Source: a virus
Length of the DNA stretch: 64,000 nucleotides
Direction: 5' to 3' (one strand)
Virus record (IMG/VR): IMGVR_UViG_3300027798_006580
A program made the translations under genes and the position numbers. Positions 19,689 through 28,242 of the stretch are shown piece by piece; positions within the stretch are counted from its first letter, which is position 1; each line of letters opens with the position of its first letter. Below the pieces are notes generated by a model that saw only the letters and a list, made by a program, of their open reading frames with translations, was not told where the DNA came from and ran no database searches.

Positions 19689-20596
19689 CAAGCATTTATA
19701 AAAATAAAGAAATATATGACAATAAAGGCAATCATATTTATTGGGCAGTCAATGGCTATAAATTTGGAATTTTTGATTATAAACTAGCGTCGTCACAGAA
19801 TTTTATATTTGATTATATGATTCCATTGGACTTGACTTTTTCAGATTATCGAACTGAAGTTAGAAATGCATTAATTAAAATCTATCAAAAATATAAAAAA
19901 ACGTTGGCTATATGTGTTTCGGGCCGTGACAGCGAGATTATTTTAAGAGAAGCAGTCTTCTTAGGTATACCATGTAAGATATATTTTTTAGACTTTTGGG
20001 GAATAAATCGATGGATGAGAGAAGTAGTTGAAGATATATCTAAAGAATTATCAGTGGAATTAATAGTTGTTTCTTTGACAGAACAGCAGTGTATGGAAGA
20101 AGTAATATTTGAATCATATAAAATAATGTCAATTCTTAAACCCACATATCTTTGTATTCCTTATCTCTTTAAACATATTCCTGCAGAAGAATTTATTATT
20201 GCAGGCGAAGGGGATTTAGCAAAAGACAATCCCGTGTATAATAAGTTTATGTCCTCACATATAACAAATGGCATACCAATATTAAGCAGTGAGATAGTTT
20301 ATAGAATATGGGCCCAGGAAAATAAACGATATGGGGAATTTTATTTCCACAGCTCTACTCCTGAACTAATACTAAGTGCATATAATCATCCGTTGGTATA
20401 TAGAAATCCTCCGATGATTTATACCGATAAAATGTACGATCAATATTGGCCTAAATTGAAATTCAAACAAAAAACTGCTAATTTTGAAAATAGTGCAAGT
20501 ACAATAACTTTAATTAAAAAAATTCTATTGAATTTAAAAGTGCAACAAGAAAAAACGGTGGGAACATTTGTTGCACATATAAGCGTGTCTAGATAA
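19685..20596 (+). CDS. Cassette B: PP-loop ATP pyrophosphatase, asparagine-synthetase-like
   Basis: ICVSGRDSE (SGGxDS variant) and IIAGEGD; ATGA-coupled to the PLP enzyme. Confidence 0.55.
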   Translation: MTSIYKNKEIYDNKGNHIYWAVNGYKFGIFDYKLASSQNFIFDYMIPLDLTFSDYRTEVRNALIKIYQKYKKTLAICVSGRDSEIILREAVFLGIPCKIYFLDFWGINRWMREVVEDISKELSVELIVVSLTEQQCMEEVIFESYKIMSILKPTYLCIPYLFKHIPAEEFIIAGEGDLAKDNPVYNKFMSSHITNGIPILSSEIVYRIWAQENKRYGEFYFHSSTPELILSAYNHPLVYRNPPMIYTDKMYDQYWPKLKFKQKTANFENSASTITLIKKILLNLKVQQEKTVGTFVAHISVSR

Positions 20597-20607
20597 GTAC
20601 TTTAATA

Positions 20608-20673
20608 ATGAACGAAGCAGACTTGAAACTATATGCAGACGGCAGTGACCCATTGGGATTTATTATAGGATAA
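20608..20673 (+). repeat. Chimeric junction 2, an in-frame 21-aa mini-ORF MNEADLKLYADGSDPLGFIIG
   Basis: ATGAACGAAGCAGA identical to 21590-21603; 20619-20673 matches 18182-18236 at 51/55 nt. Confidence 0.9.
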
Positions 20674-20677
20674 TATT

Positions 20678-21589
20678 ATGAAAATTAATGAAATTATAGA
20701 AACACAAATAGACGAAATAGATCGTCGAGGTTTTTTACGTGGAATGGGTGCCGCTGGCGCAGCCGCCGCAGTTCCAGGTCTAGCAAAAGCGCAGAGCCAA
20801 ACATCATCACCTGCATACAAGAACGCAATAACAGATATTAAATATTATCTAAAGCCCAAGTTTGATAAATTGCCCAATCCTATGATTCAATATAAAGAAG
20901 GTATCATTATTGTTAAAATGAACGATACTAAAATAACTAGGGTAGAGATGAAAGAGTCTACAGGACTGATAGCACTAGATAATTTAATTATTCGGGTGAT
21001 TACTGCGGAGAGGACATTGCCACAAGTTCAGACATTGGAACGTACCGGTGATCATATAATGGAATTTTCTACAGATAATTTATTACCTGCGCCAGGAGAA
21101 ACACATACACAAACTTCTCAGCCACAGCAAACTTCACAGCCACAGCAAACTTCACAGCCACAGCAAACTTCACAGCCTCAACCACAGCAAGCCCAACAAC
21201 CTACACAACAGTCCCGTGGTTTTACTAGAGTAGGAAACTTTGGAGTGATATCTGGTTATAAATTGGATAATATTAAAGATAAAATTATAGAAAAACTTTT
21301 AATAAAAAATCCAGACGCCGAAGTAGATGATAATGGTCGCACATTGACTGTTAAAATACATAATCCACAAAGTAAGAATTTTGGAATGGCGTTGTATAAA
21401 GGATTATTGGGTCCTAGAGGTAGTACGATGATGGTTGTTATAAAATTTACTTTTAGTGAACGAGATAATCAAATTAGAGTATTACCGCAGTCAAACATAA
21501 TAATAACTAATGCCTTCGGCGGTGTCGATACTCAACCATTTGGTAGTTCATCTGAAATATTAGATGGATTGGAAAAGATATTCAGTTAA
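20678..21589 (+). CDS. Cassette C: putative virion-packaged protein with internal Tat signal, TonB/TolA-C-like domain and Q/P linker
   Basis: MKINEIIETQIDE then IDRRGFLRGMGAAGAAAAVPGLAKA; ITRVEMKESTGLIALDNLIIRVI..E..LP. Confidence 0.6.
   Translation: MKINEIIETQIDEIDRRGFLRGMGAAGAAAAVPGLAKAQSQTSSPAYKNAITDIKYYLKPKFDKLPNPMIQYKEGIIIVKMNDTKITRVEMKESTGLIALDNLIIRVITAERTLPQVQTLERTGDHIMEFSTDNLLPAPGETHTQTSQPQQTSQPQQTSQPQQTSQPQPQQAQQPTQQSRGFTRVGNFGVISGYKLDNIKDKIIEKLLIKNPDAEVDDNGRTLTVKIHNPQSKNFGMALYKGLLGPRGSTMMVVIKFTFSERDNQIRVLPQSNIIITNAFGGVDTQPFGSSSEILDGLEKIFS
21110..21181 (+). repeat. Coding 18-bp tandem repeat (QTSQPQ x4)
   Basis: CAAACTTCACAGCCACAG unit, four copies with minor variation. Confidence 0.9.
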
Positions 21590-21784
21590 ATGAACGAAGC
21601 AGATAAACTCAGAAAACTTGCCGGCATTGATAAAAATGCCCCTAGTCCTATTACCGGAGAGATTGGCACAGACAAAGGCGAGTACATGCGAAAGAATAAC
21701 ATTCGTCCGGGCACAGACGAATGGTTTAAGTTATGGTTTGCCAGACCAAAATTAACTGGCGAAAATCCCACTCCTAAAAAGTAA
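21590..21784 (+). CDS. Small hypothetical protein (right anchor of the cassette slot)
   Basis: 64 aa, MNEADKLRKLAGI...IRPGTDEWFKLWF. Confidence 0.7.
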   Translation: MNEADKLRKLAGIDKNAPSPITGEIGTDKGEYMRKNNIRPGTDEWFKLWFARPKLTGENPTPKK

Positions 21785-21826
21785 AATACCGTTGACAAGT
21801 AGATTTGTTTGCTATATAATATTAGT

Positions 21827-22312
21827 ATGAACATATATTTAGACATGGATGATGTAGTAGCAGACTGGATGAAGACTGCTAGAGAAATGGTCAAGCGTGA
21901 CTGGAATTATGGCGAACGTATTCCCGACAGTGACTGGCAAAAACTTCAAACACGACAACGATTCTATCGCGACCTTCCTAAAAAGACAGGTGCTGATGAA
22001 CTCGTTCAATGGTGCAGAGATTACAGAGACCGTACAGGTTGTGGATTATTCTTTTTAACAGCACTACCCCATGACTATACGATGCCCTATGCTGCCAATG
22101 ATAAAGTATGGTGGGCACACGAACACTATCCTGATATTACTGTGTTCTTTGGACCATTCAGCTACGACAAATGGCGTCACTGTAAACCTGGCGATGTTTT
22201 AATAGATGACAGAACAAGTAACTGCGACGAATGGTATCGTGCAGGCGGCCTTGCACATATATACAGACAATGGCCTGAATGTAAAATCTGGTTAGAGGAG
22301 ACATTAAAATGA
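21827..22312 (+). CDS. 5'(3')-deoxyribonucleotidase (HAD family)
   Basis: IYLDMDDVVAD and VLIDDR motifs; likely leaderless ATG 21827 after TTGACA-17-TATAAT (21792-21820). Confidence 0.8.
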   Translation: MNIYLDMDDVVADWMKTAREMVKRDWNYGERIPDSDWQKLQTRQRFYRDLPKKTGADELVQWCRDYRDRTGCGLFFLTALPHDYTMPYAANDKVWWAHEHYPDITVFFGPFSYDKWRHCKPGDVLIDDRTSNCDEWYRAGGLAHIYRQWPECKIWLEETLK

Positions 22313-22941
22313 TTATCGGCGTATGTGGTTTTATTGGCAGCGGCAAAGACACTGTTGCAGATTATCTAGTAAATGTACACGGCTTTCGTCGTGAAAGTTT
22401 TGCTAATACATTAAAAGATGCTGTATCCGCAGTGTTTGGCTGGGATAGAGTTATGCTGGAAGGTCGTACCAAAGAAGCACGTGAATGGAGAGAGCAAGTT
22501 GATCCATGGTGGAGTGAACGTTTAAACATGCCCAATTTAACTCCACGTTGGGTTTTACAGTATTGGGGCACAGAAGTGTGCAGACGAGGCTTTCATGATG
22601 ACATTTGGATTGCCAGTGTAGAAAACAAATTACGCAGAAGTAAAGATAACATTGTAATTAGCGATTGTAGATTTCCCAACGAGATTAAAAGTATCAAATC
22701 CGCAGGCGGCAAAATTGTTTGTGTTGAACGGGGAGAATTGCCTAGTTGGTATATTATGGCCTCCAAAGCAAATGAAGGTGACGCACTTGCTGCCGCAAAG
22801 CTCAAAGCACTGGGCGTTCATGCCAGCGAAACAGCGTGGGTGGGTACAGAGTTTGATTATGTGTTAGACAATAACTCTACATTAGATTCTTTGTTTAATC
22901 GAGTAGAAACAGTGGTGCAACCAGAATCTATAAAAATGTAG
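22309..22941 (+). CDS. Deoxynucleoside monophosphate kinase (T4 gp1-like)
   Basis: GFIGSGKDT P-loop, SFANTLKD, PRWVLQYWGTE, ISDCRFPNE, HASE. Confidence 0.9.
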   Translation: MIIGVCGFIGSGKDTVADYLVNVHGFRRESFANTLKDAVSAVFGWDRVMLEGRTKEAREWREQVDPWWSERLNMPNLTPRWVLQYWGTEVCRRGFHDDIWIASVENKLRRSKDNIVISDCRFPNEIKSIKSAGGKIVCVERGELPSWYIMASKANEGDALAAAKLKALGVHASETAWVGTEFDYVLDNNSTLDSLFNRVETVVQPESIKM

Positions 22942-23009
22942 TTTTCGCTAAATAGCCTGGTTTCTCCGAAATAGTATAAATATGTATAACCTATAGAGGA
23001 GAAAAACAA

Positions 23010-25439
23010 ATGGCACTAACATCACCAGGCGTAGAGATTTCGATTATTGACCAAAGTCAATTCGGATCTGCTGGCCAAGGAACAGTTCCTTTAATCATTT
23101 TAGCCACACAGTCTAACAAAGACAATGTAAGTGGCACAGGCTATGCAACAGGAACAATTCCTGCAAATGCCAACAAGCCTTATTTGCTAACAAGTCAACG
23201 TGAACTTATTGAGCAATTTGGTCAACCAAAATTTAAAACAGTAAACGGTACAGCAGTACATGGTTCAGAAGTTAATGAGTACGGATTAATGGCAGCTTAC
23301 AGCTACTTGGGTCTTGCTAATCGTGCGTATGTACTACGTGCAGACATTGATTTGTTACAATTAGAGCCCAGCGACATTGAACCAGCAAGTGCTCCTGCTA
23401 ATGGTACATACTGGTTAGACTTAGCTAATACAAGCTGGGGTATTTTTGAAGCATCAGCAACTGGAACAGATAGCTGGGTCGCAAAAACTCCTTTACTTGT
23501 CACTGATCTAACTGATACTGTCAGTTCTGCAGGTGTAGTTCCTGTTACTTCAATTGGCGTCAACGGTGACTATGCAGTTGTAGCAACTTCTGCAGTTTCT
23601 AGTTATCAAGTATATAAAAAGATTTCCGGCGCATGGGAAATCTGTACAACAGCAAACTCTGCAATTCCCACAGTTTTTGTTGCCGCTCACTATAATATTC
23701 CCACAGCAACGTCTATTGGTGATGTATGGTTAAAGTCCACAAGTCCAAACAATGGTTTAAGTTTAGCAGTTAAAAAATATGTAAGTGCCAATGTTCCAGA
23801 CAGTAGTCCTTGGGTAGTTGTTGCGTCTCCAGTTTATGCTAATGATTCAGCAGCCACCGCAGGTTTTGCAAGTGCATTATCTGCAGGTAAAATATATGCT
23901 AAAGCAGAAGGCGGTAGCGCCAACGTACAATTACGCTACTATGATGGCAGCAACTGGAGTGCATTAGATGAACAAGCTAGTGTTAGTGCTCCTGTGGGCG
24001 CAACAGTAGACGGTACATTGTGGTACAATACTAGTTTAGCAGTTGACTTATATGTAAAAGCAAATAGTCAATGGGAACCAATAGGCAGCAATGTTTCTAT
24101 CGATTCAAATGCTCCTGGTAGTCCGGCCAGCGGCGACTATTGGATTGATAGTAGTGATGTAGAAAATTATCCAGCAATTTATGAATTTGATGGCAGTGAT
24201 TGGGTTTCTCGCAATATCACAGATCAAACAACTCCTAATGGTGTTGTATTTGCTGACTTAACATATACACCAAGTGACACTTCAAATGGCACAGGCGGCG
24301 CAACCGCAATAGATGAAAATGCTCCAGATCCGTTATTATATCCAAATGGTATTTTATTATGGAACGGTATCGTTTCAACGGGTAACGTTAAACAATACAG
24401 TGATGTACTAGATGCCAACGGTGTTGCTACAGGCGACAAAGCATGGTTTACATTTAGCGGTAACAAAGAAGATGGTAGTCCATATATGTTGCGTAAAGCG
24501 CAACGCCGCGCAGTAGTTAAATCATTGCAAAGCGCAGTGGCCAGCAATGAAACAATTCGTGAAGAAATGACCTTCTTCACATTAATTGCGGCACCAGGCT
24601 ACGCAGAACTAATTGATGAGATGTTATCATTGAATACAGATCGTAAAGAAACAGCATTTGTTATTGTAGATACTCCATTACGTTTAGCACCACAAGGTCA
24701 AACATTGATCGATTGGATGAGTGGTAATAATGCAAGCAGTACCGGCGAAGATGGTTTAATTGTCAGCGGCGGCAGTGCTTATCAAGCAGCCTGTTACTAC
24801 CCAAGCGGTTTAGCAACAGATTTAAACGGCAACGATGTTGTTGTTCCAGCAAGTCACATCGTTCTAAGAACTTATGCATACAACGACCAGGTTGCTTATC
24901 CTTGGTTCGCACCAGCTGGTTTAACACGCGGTGTTGTAACTAATGCAAGTAATGTAGGTTATATCAACGGCGAAGGCGAATTTATTGCAGTAGCATTGAC
25001 AACAGGTCAGCGTGATACATTATATGGCGATGGTAGCAGAGTTGGTTTGAATCCTATTGCACGTTTCCCAGGCCAAGGTGTTTATGTTTTCGGCCAGAAG
25101 ACGTTACAAACTGGTTCAAGTTCTTTAGATAGAGTTAACGTTGCTCGTTTATTGGCTTACTTACGTGAGCGTTTTGATCCGCTGGCCCGTCCGTTTATCT
25201 TCGAACCCAACGACAAGATCACTCGTGCTAATGTAAAACAAGTTTTCGATAGTTTCTTAGGCGAATTGCTTGCTAAACGTGCTATCTATGACTTCATTGT
25301 TGTCTGTGATGAAACAAACAACACACCTGCCAGAATTGACAGAAATGAATTATATGTTGATGTTGCCATTGAGCCAGTTAAGGCCGCTGAGTTCATTTAC
25401 ATTCCAGTTCGTGTTGTCAACACAGGCGAGTTATCATAA
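23010..25439 (+). CDS. Tail sheath protein (T4 gp18-like)
   Basis: LTSPGVEI start, PWFAPAGLTRG, GQKTL....LDRVNVARL, FEPND...R, CDETNNTP..ID. Confidence 0.95.
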   Translation: MALTSPGVEISIIDQSQFGSAGQGTVPLIILATQSNKDNVSGTGYATGTIPANANKPYLLTSQRELIEQFGQPKFKTVNGTAVHGSEVNEYGLMAAYSYLGLANRAYVLRADIDLLQLEPSDIEPASAPANGTYWLDLANTSWGIFEASATGTDSWVAKTPLLVTDLTDTVSSAGVVPVTSIGVNGDYAVVATSAVSSYQVYKKISGAWEICTTANSAIPTVFVAAHYNIPTATSIGDVWLKSTSPNNGLSLAVKKYVSANVPDSSPWVVVASPVYANDSAATAGFASALSAGKIYAKAEGGSANVQLRYYDGSNWSALDEQASVSAPVGATVDGTLWYNTSLAVDLYVKANSQWEPIGSNVSIDSNAPGSPASGDYWIDSSDVENYPAIYEFDGSDWVSRNITDQTTPNGVVFADLTYTPSDTSNGTGGATAIDENAPDPLLYPNGILLWNGIVSTGNVKQYSDVLDANGVATGDKAWFTFSGNKEDGSPYMLRKAQRRAVVKSLQSAVASNETIREEMTFFTLIAAPGYAELIDEMLSLNTDRKETAFVIVDTPLRLAPQGQTLIDWMSGNNASSTGEDGLIVSGGSAYQAACYYPSGLATDLNGNDVVVPASHIVLRTYAYNDQVAYPWFAPAGLTRGVVTNASNVGYINGEGEFIAVALTTGQRDTLYGDGSRVGLNPIARFPGQGVYVFGQKTLQTGSSSLDRVNVARLLAYLRERFDPLARPFIFEPNDKITRANVKQVFDSFLGELLAKRAIYDFIVVCDETNNTPARIDRNELYVDVAIEPVKAAEFIYIPVRVVNTGELS

Positions 25440-25470
25440 TGATAAATAACATAGCCGAAGGAGAAACAAC

Positions 25471-26082
25471 ATGGCAGATTTAACACAATTTGGAGTTCCA
25501 ACAACAGGCACTAATGCAATGGTGATGCCTAAACTCCAATATCGATTCAGAGTTAACTTATATGACTTTGGTAGAAACAACGGTAGTACTGTTGAGATGA
25601 CACAAAACGTAGTCAGCGTAAATAGACCTAGTCTAACACACGATGAAATTACTTTGGATGCGTACAACAGTCGTGCTTACCTTGCTGGCAAGCACAGTTG
25701 GGAACCAATTACTTTAACTTTACGTGACGACATCAACGGTACAGTTACCAAGCATGTGGCAAGTCAATTACAAAAACAATTAAACCAAGGTTTACAAAGT
25801 GCTCCAACAGCAGGACGTGACTATAAGTTTGGTATGGTAATTGAACAGCTAGATGGCAGTCAACCAGGGCTAGTCATTGAAAGCTGGAGTTTAAATGGAT
25901 GTTTCATCCAAAACGTAAACTACGGTGAAAATAACTATGCAACCAGTGACGTAATGCAAATCACTTTACAAATACGCTACGACGCCGCTGACATCCACGG
26001 TGATGCAGTTAGTGCAGCCACTACACAGGGCGCATTAACTAGTGGCGTATTACCAATTGGCGCAGGTAACTCTGCAACATAA
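25471..26082 (+). CDS. Tail tube protein (T4 gp19-like)
   Basis: PKLQYRFRV, AGKHSWEPITLTLRDD, W.L.GCF, LQIRYD; follows the sheath gene. Confidence 0.85.
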   Translation: MADLTQFGVPTTGTNAMVMPKLQYRFRVNLYDFGRNNGSTVEMTQNVVSVNRPSLTHDEITLDAYNSRAYLAGKHSWEPITLTLRDDINGTVTKHVASQLQKQLNQGLQSAPTAGRDYKFGMVIEQLDGSQPGLVIESWSLNGCFIQNVNYGENNYATSDVMQITLQIRYDAADIHGDAVSAATTQGALTSGVLPIGAGNSAT

Positions 26083-26091
26083 GGATAATAC

Positions 26092-26976
26092 ATGGCGGCA
26101 TTAACTGACGCTATGAAATGGTATAACTTAGGTGGGCTTAAAGCGGCCCGCCTAAAGTTCCATTTTAAAGTAGAAATCTTTAGCTCACAGTATATAGGAC
26201 AACTTCAAACACCAGCTAGGCTGATATTTGATGCTGTCCGCACGATTGAACTTCCCAAATATAGTATAGAAACAGAAGTAGCAAACGCATGGAACGTGCG
26301 ACAACCTATTCCCACTAAAATTAACTTTGAACCAATTAGTATTTCATTTACTGATACATTGGATAACAGGTTTCAAATTTTTATTAAAAACTATATGAAC
26401 ATTGTCAGTGGTAACTTTGCACCACAGACAAAGTCCATGCGTAAAGGATTTGACGACTTTGGTATCAGAATGTTAGAAACTGGTAAAGATTGTCCTATAG
26501 ATAAAATTGTCATTACTAGATTTTACGGCGCAGATGCAGATAGAGAAAATCTACAAACACCTAGTATAGTAACATTATGGCGTCCAAAAATAGTAGACGT
26601 TCAGCATGACACATTAGATTATGCCGTCAGCGAAGCAATCACATGGCAAGTAAGTCTACGATATGAAAGTGTTACTTATTCAAATATTACTTCATCTACG
26701 GCCGTTAGTCAGCAAGCAACAGCAAGTAGTCCGCAGGCAACGTCTGCTGATCGAGACAACCCTTATGCTAAACAAGTAGAAGAGCAAATTAAATTAAATA
26801 ACACTATTCCTCCCAAAGATTTAAATGCAGAAAGTGTAAAACAATCTCAAACGGCAGCGATGTCGCCTACTAGATCAATCGATCAAGCAGTTAATAGATT
26901 AGGAGATCCAAATGCGGCTCCTTATACAGGCGATGACCCTATAATCAAGGCGAGACTCGCCAGCGGCCGAGGTTAA
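26092..26976 (+). CDS. Tube-fold baseplate/tube initiator protein (gp48/gp54-like)
   Basis: IELPKYSIETE, FEPISISFTD, HDTLDY, LRYE tube-like motifs. Confidence 0.6.
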   Translation: MAALTDAMKWYNLGGLKAARLKFHFKVEIFSSQYIGQLQTPARLIFDAVRTIELPKYSIETEVANAWNVRQPIPTKINFEPISISFTDTLDNRFQIFIKNYMNIVSGNFAPQTKSMRKGFDDFGIRMLETGKDCPIDKIVITRFYGADADRENLQTPSIVTLWRPKIVDVQHDTLDYAVSEAITWQVSLRYESVTYSNITSSTAVSQQATASSPQATSADRDNPYAKQVEEQIKLNNTIPPKDLNAESVKQSQTAAMSPTRSIDQAVNRLGDPNAAPYTGDDPIIKARLASGRG

Positions 26977-26978
26977 CT

Positions 26979-27257
26979 ATGGCATTAGAAGCATCTAAAT
27001 ATGACGTACTTTACGGCAAACTATTAAAATTAGGTATTGCTGTTGATCAAGCCAAGGCATTATCAAAAGTGTTATATGATATCAGTATAGAACAAGGTGT
27101 GTCCACAGACGATTTACTAAAGTATGTTAATTCAAACGGACTTCGATTCGACAATGAAGTGTATGCATTATTAAATAAAGCAAGAACAAACAGCAGTCAA
27201 ATTGGTTATATAGATCAAAACAACATACCTTTTGTTATTGTCAAACAGGCAGTGTAA
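26979..27257 (+). CDS. Hypothetical protein
   Basis: 92-aa ORF in late operon with GAGG RBS. Confidence 0.6.
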   Translation: MALEASKYDVLYGKLLKLGIAVDQAKALSKVLYDISIEQGVSTDDLLKYVNSNGLRFDNEVYALLNKARTNSSQIGYIDQNNIPFVIVKQAV

Positions 27258-27722
27258 ATGGCTTATAATTTTACACAGGGATTCTTTACTCCTGCTAACC
27301 CAAGTAAGTATATAGGCAGTAACAGCCCCAAGTATCGTAGCAGTTGGGAACTAACAGTGATGCGATTCTGTGATAATCATCCTGCGGTCATAGGATGGGC
27401 GAGTGAAAGTCTACGCATACCATATCGCAATCCGTTTACAGGTAAAGATACAACATATTATCCAGATTTCTTAATTACGTATCAAGACAAGGCCGGTAAT
27501 AAGATCAGCGAAATTATAGAAGTTAAGCCACGCAAGCAAGCAAGATTAGATGAAGCAAACACACAGCAGGAAAAAGCCGCCGTAGTGTTAAATATGGCCA
27601 AGTGGGAAGCATGTAGGCTTTGGTGCCAAAGACATGGTATGAAGTTTAGAATACTCACTGAAGAAGATATATATAATAACTGGCAACCAAGAACCGCTGC
27701 TAAGAGAACGAAAAAACGATGA
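27258..27722 (+). CDS. Head completion nuclease (T4 gp4-like, TnsA-type)
   Basis: NPSKYIG, YRSSWE, WASE...IPY, YYPDF, IEVKP, N.AKWEA, FRILTE. Confidence 0.9.
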   Translation: MAYNFTQGFFTPANPSKYIGSNSPKYRSSWELTVMRFCDNHPAVIGWASESLRIPYRNPFTGKDTTYYPDFLITYQDKAGNKISEIIEVKPRKQARLDEANTQQEKAAVVLNMAKWEACRLWCQRHGMKFRILTEEDIYNNWQPRTAAKRTKKR

Positions 27723-28225
27723 CTAAAAAACTTGAAGACTTTTTTAATGTAGACAATACAGAATCGGATGCAGAGGACCAACTGTCCCTGATCGCCGAAA
27801 AGCTAGTGCCAATGGAAACTACCTTGTCATTAGTTCACGAACAATTAACCATAGCAGATAGAATTGATCAAGCACTGCCCACAGTTAAAGGTTTGGATGT
27901 AGAAGATCGAGACTTGGATGATTATGCTGCCAGAGCTATGGACAGCTTTGAAAGACTAATGGATCTTGGCTACAACATGGATGATAGAAATGCCGGTAAA
28001 GTGTTCGAAGTAGCAAGTACTATGATGAATAATGCCATTACTGCTAAAACAGCCAAGCTGGACAAGAAGCTAAAGATGATTGATCTACAATTAAAGGCAG
28101 CTAAACTGGCACAAACGGCTAAAACTGAAGATGATAATGGCCCACAAGGCCTGGGTGATTTGACCACAGATCGCAATGCTATATTGAATCTAATCAGCCA
28201 GAACCTTAAAAACAAAGATAAATAA
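27719..28225 (+). CDS. Hypothetical helical protein (possible terminase small subunit)
   Basis: Helical/coiled-coil, FEVAS motif, ends DRNAIL; near terminase. The function is a guess. Confidence 0.4.
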   Translation: MTKKLEDFFNVDNTESDAEDQLSLIAEKLVPMETTLSLVHEQLTIADRIDQALPTVKGLDVEDRDLDDYAARAMDSFERLMDLGYNMDDRNAGKVFEVASTMMNNAITAKTAKLDKKLKMIDLQLKAAKLAQTAKTEDDNGPQGLGDLTTDRNAILNLISQNLKNKDK

Positions 28226-28242
28226 AGTATCGGAGAAACGAA

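Noticed and set aside
18182-20673. Cassette B as a transposon or integrase-mobilised element with target-site duplication
   Set aside because: No transposase or integrase and no terminal inverted repeats; the flanking repeats are gene-end chimeras with synonymous divergence, not identical target duplications.
21110-21181. Short direct repeats as a possible CRISPR array
   Set aside because: Contiguous 18-bp in-frame coding repeats without spacers. No repeat-spacer array is seen anywhere, and the Cas4-like nuclease at 56752 is a stand-alone phage exonuclease.
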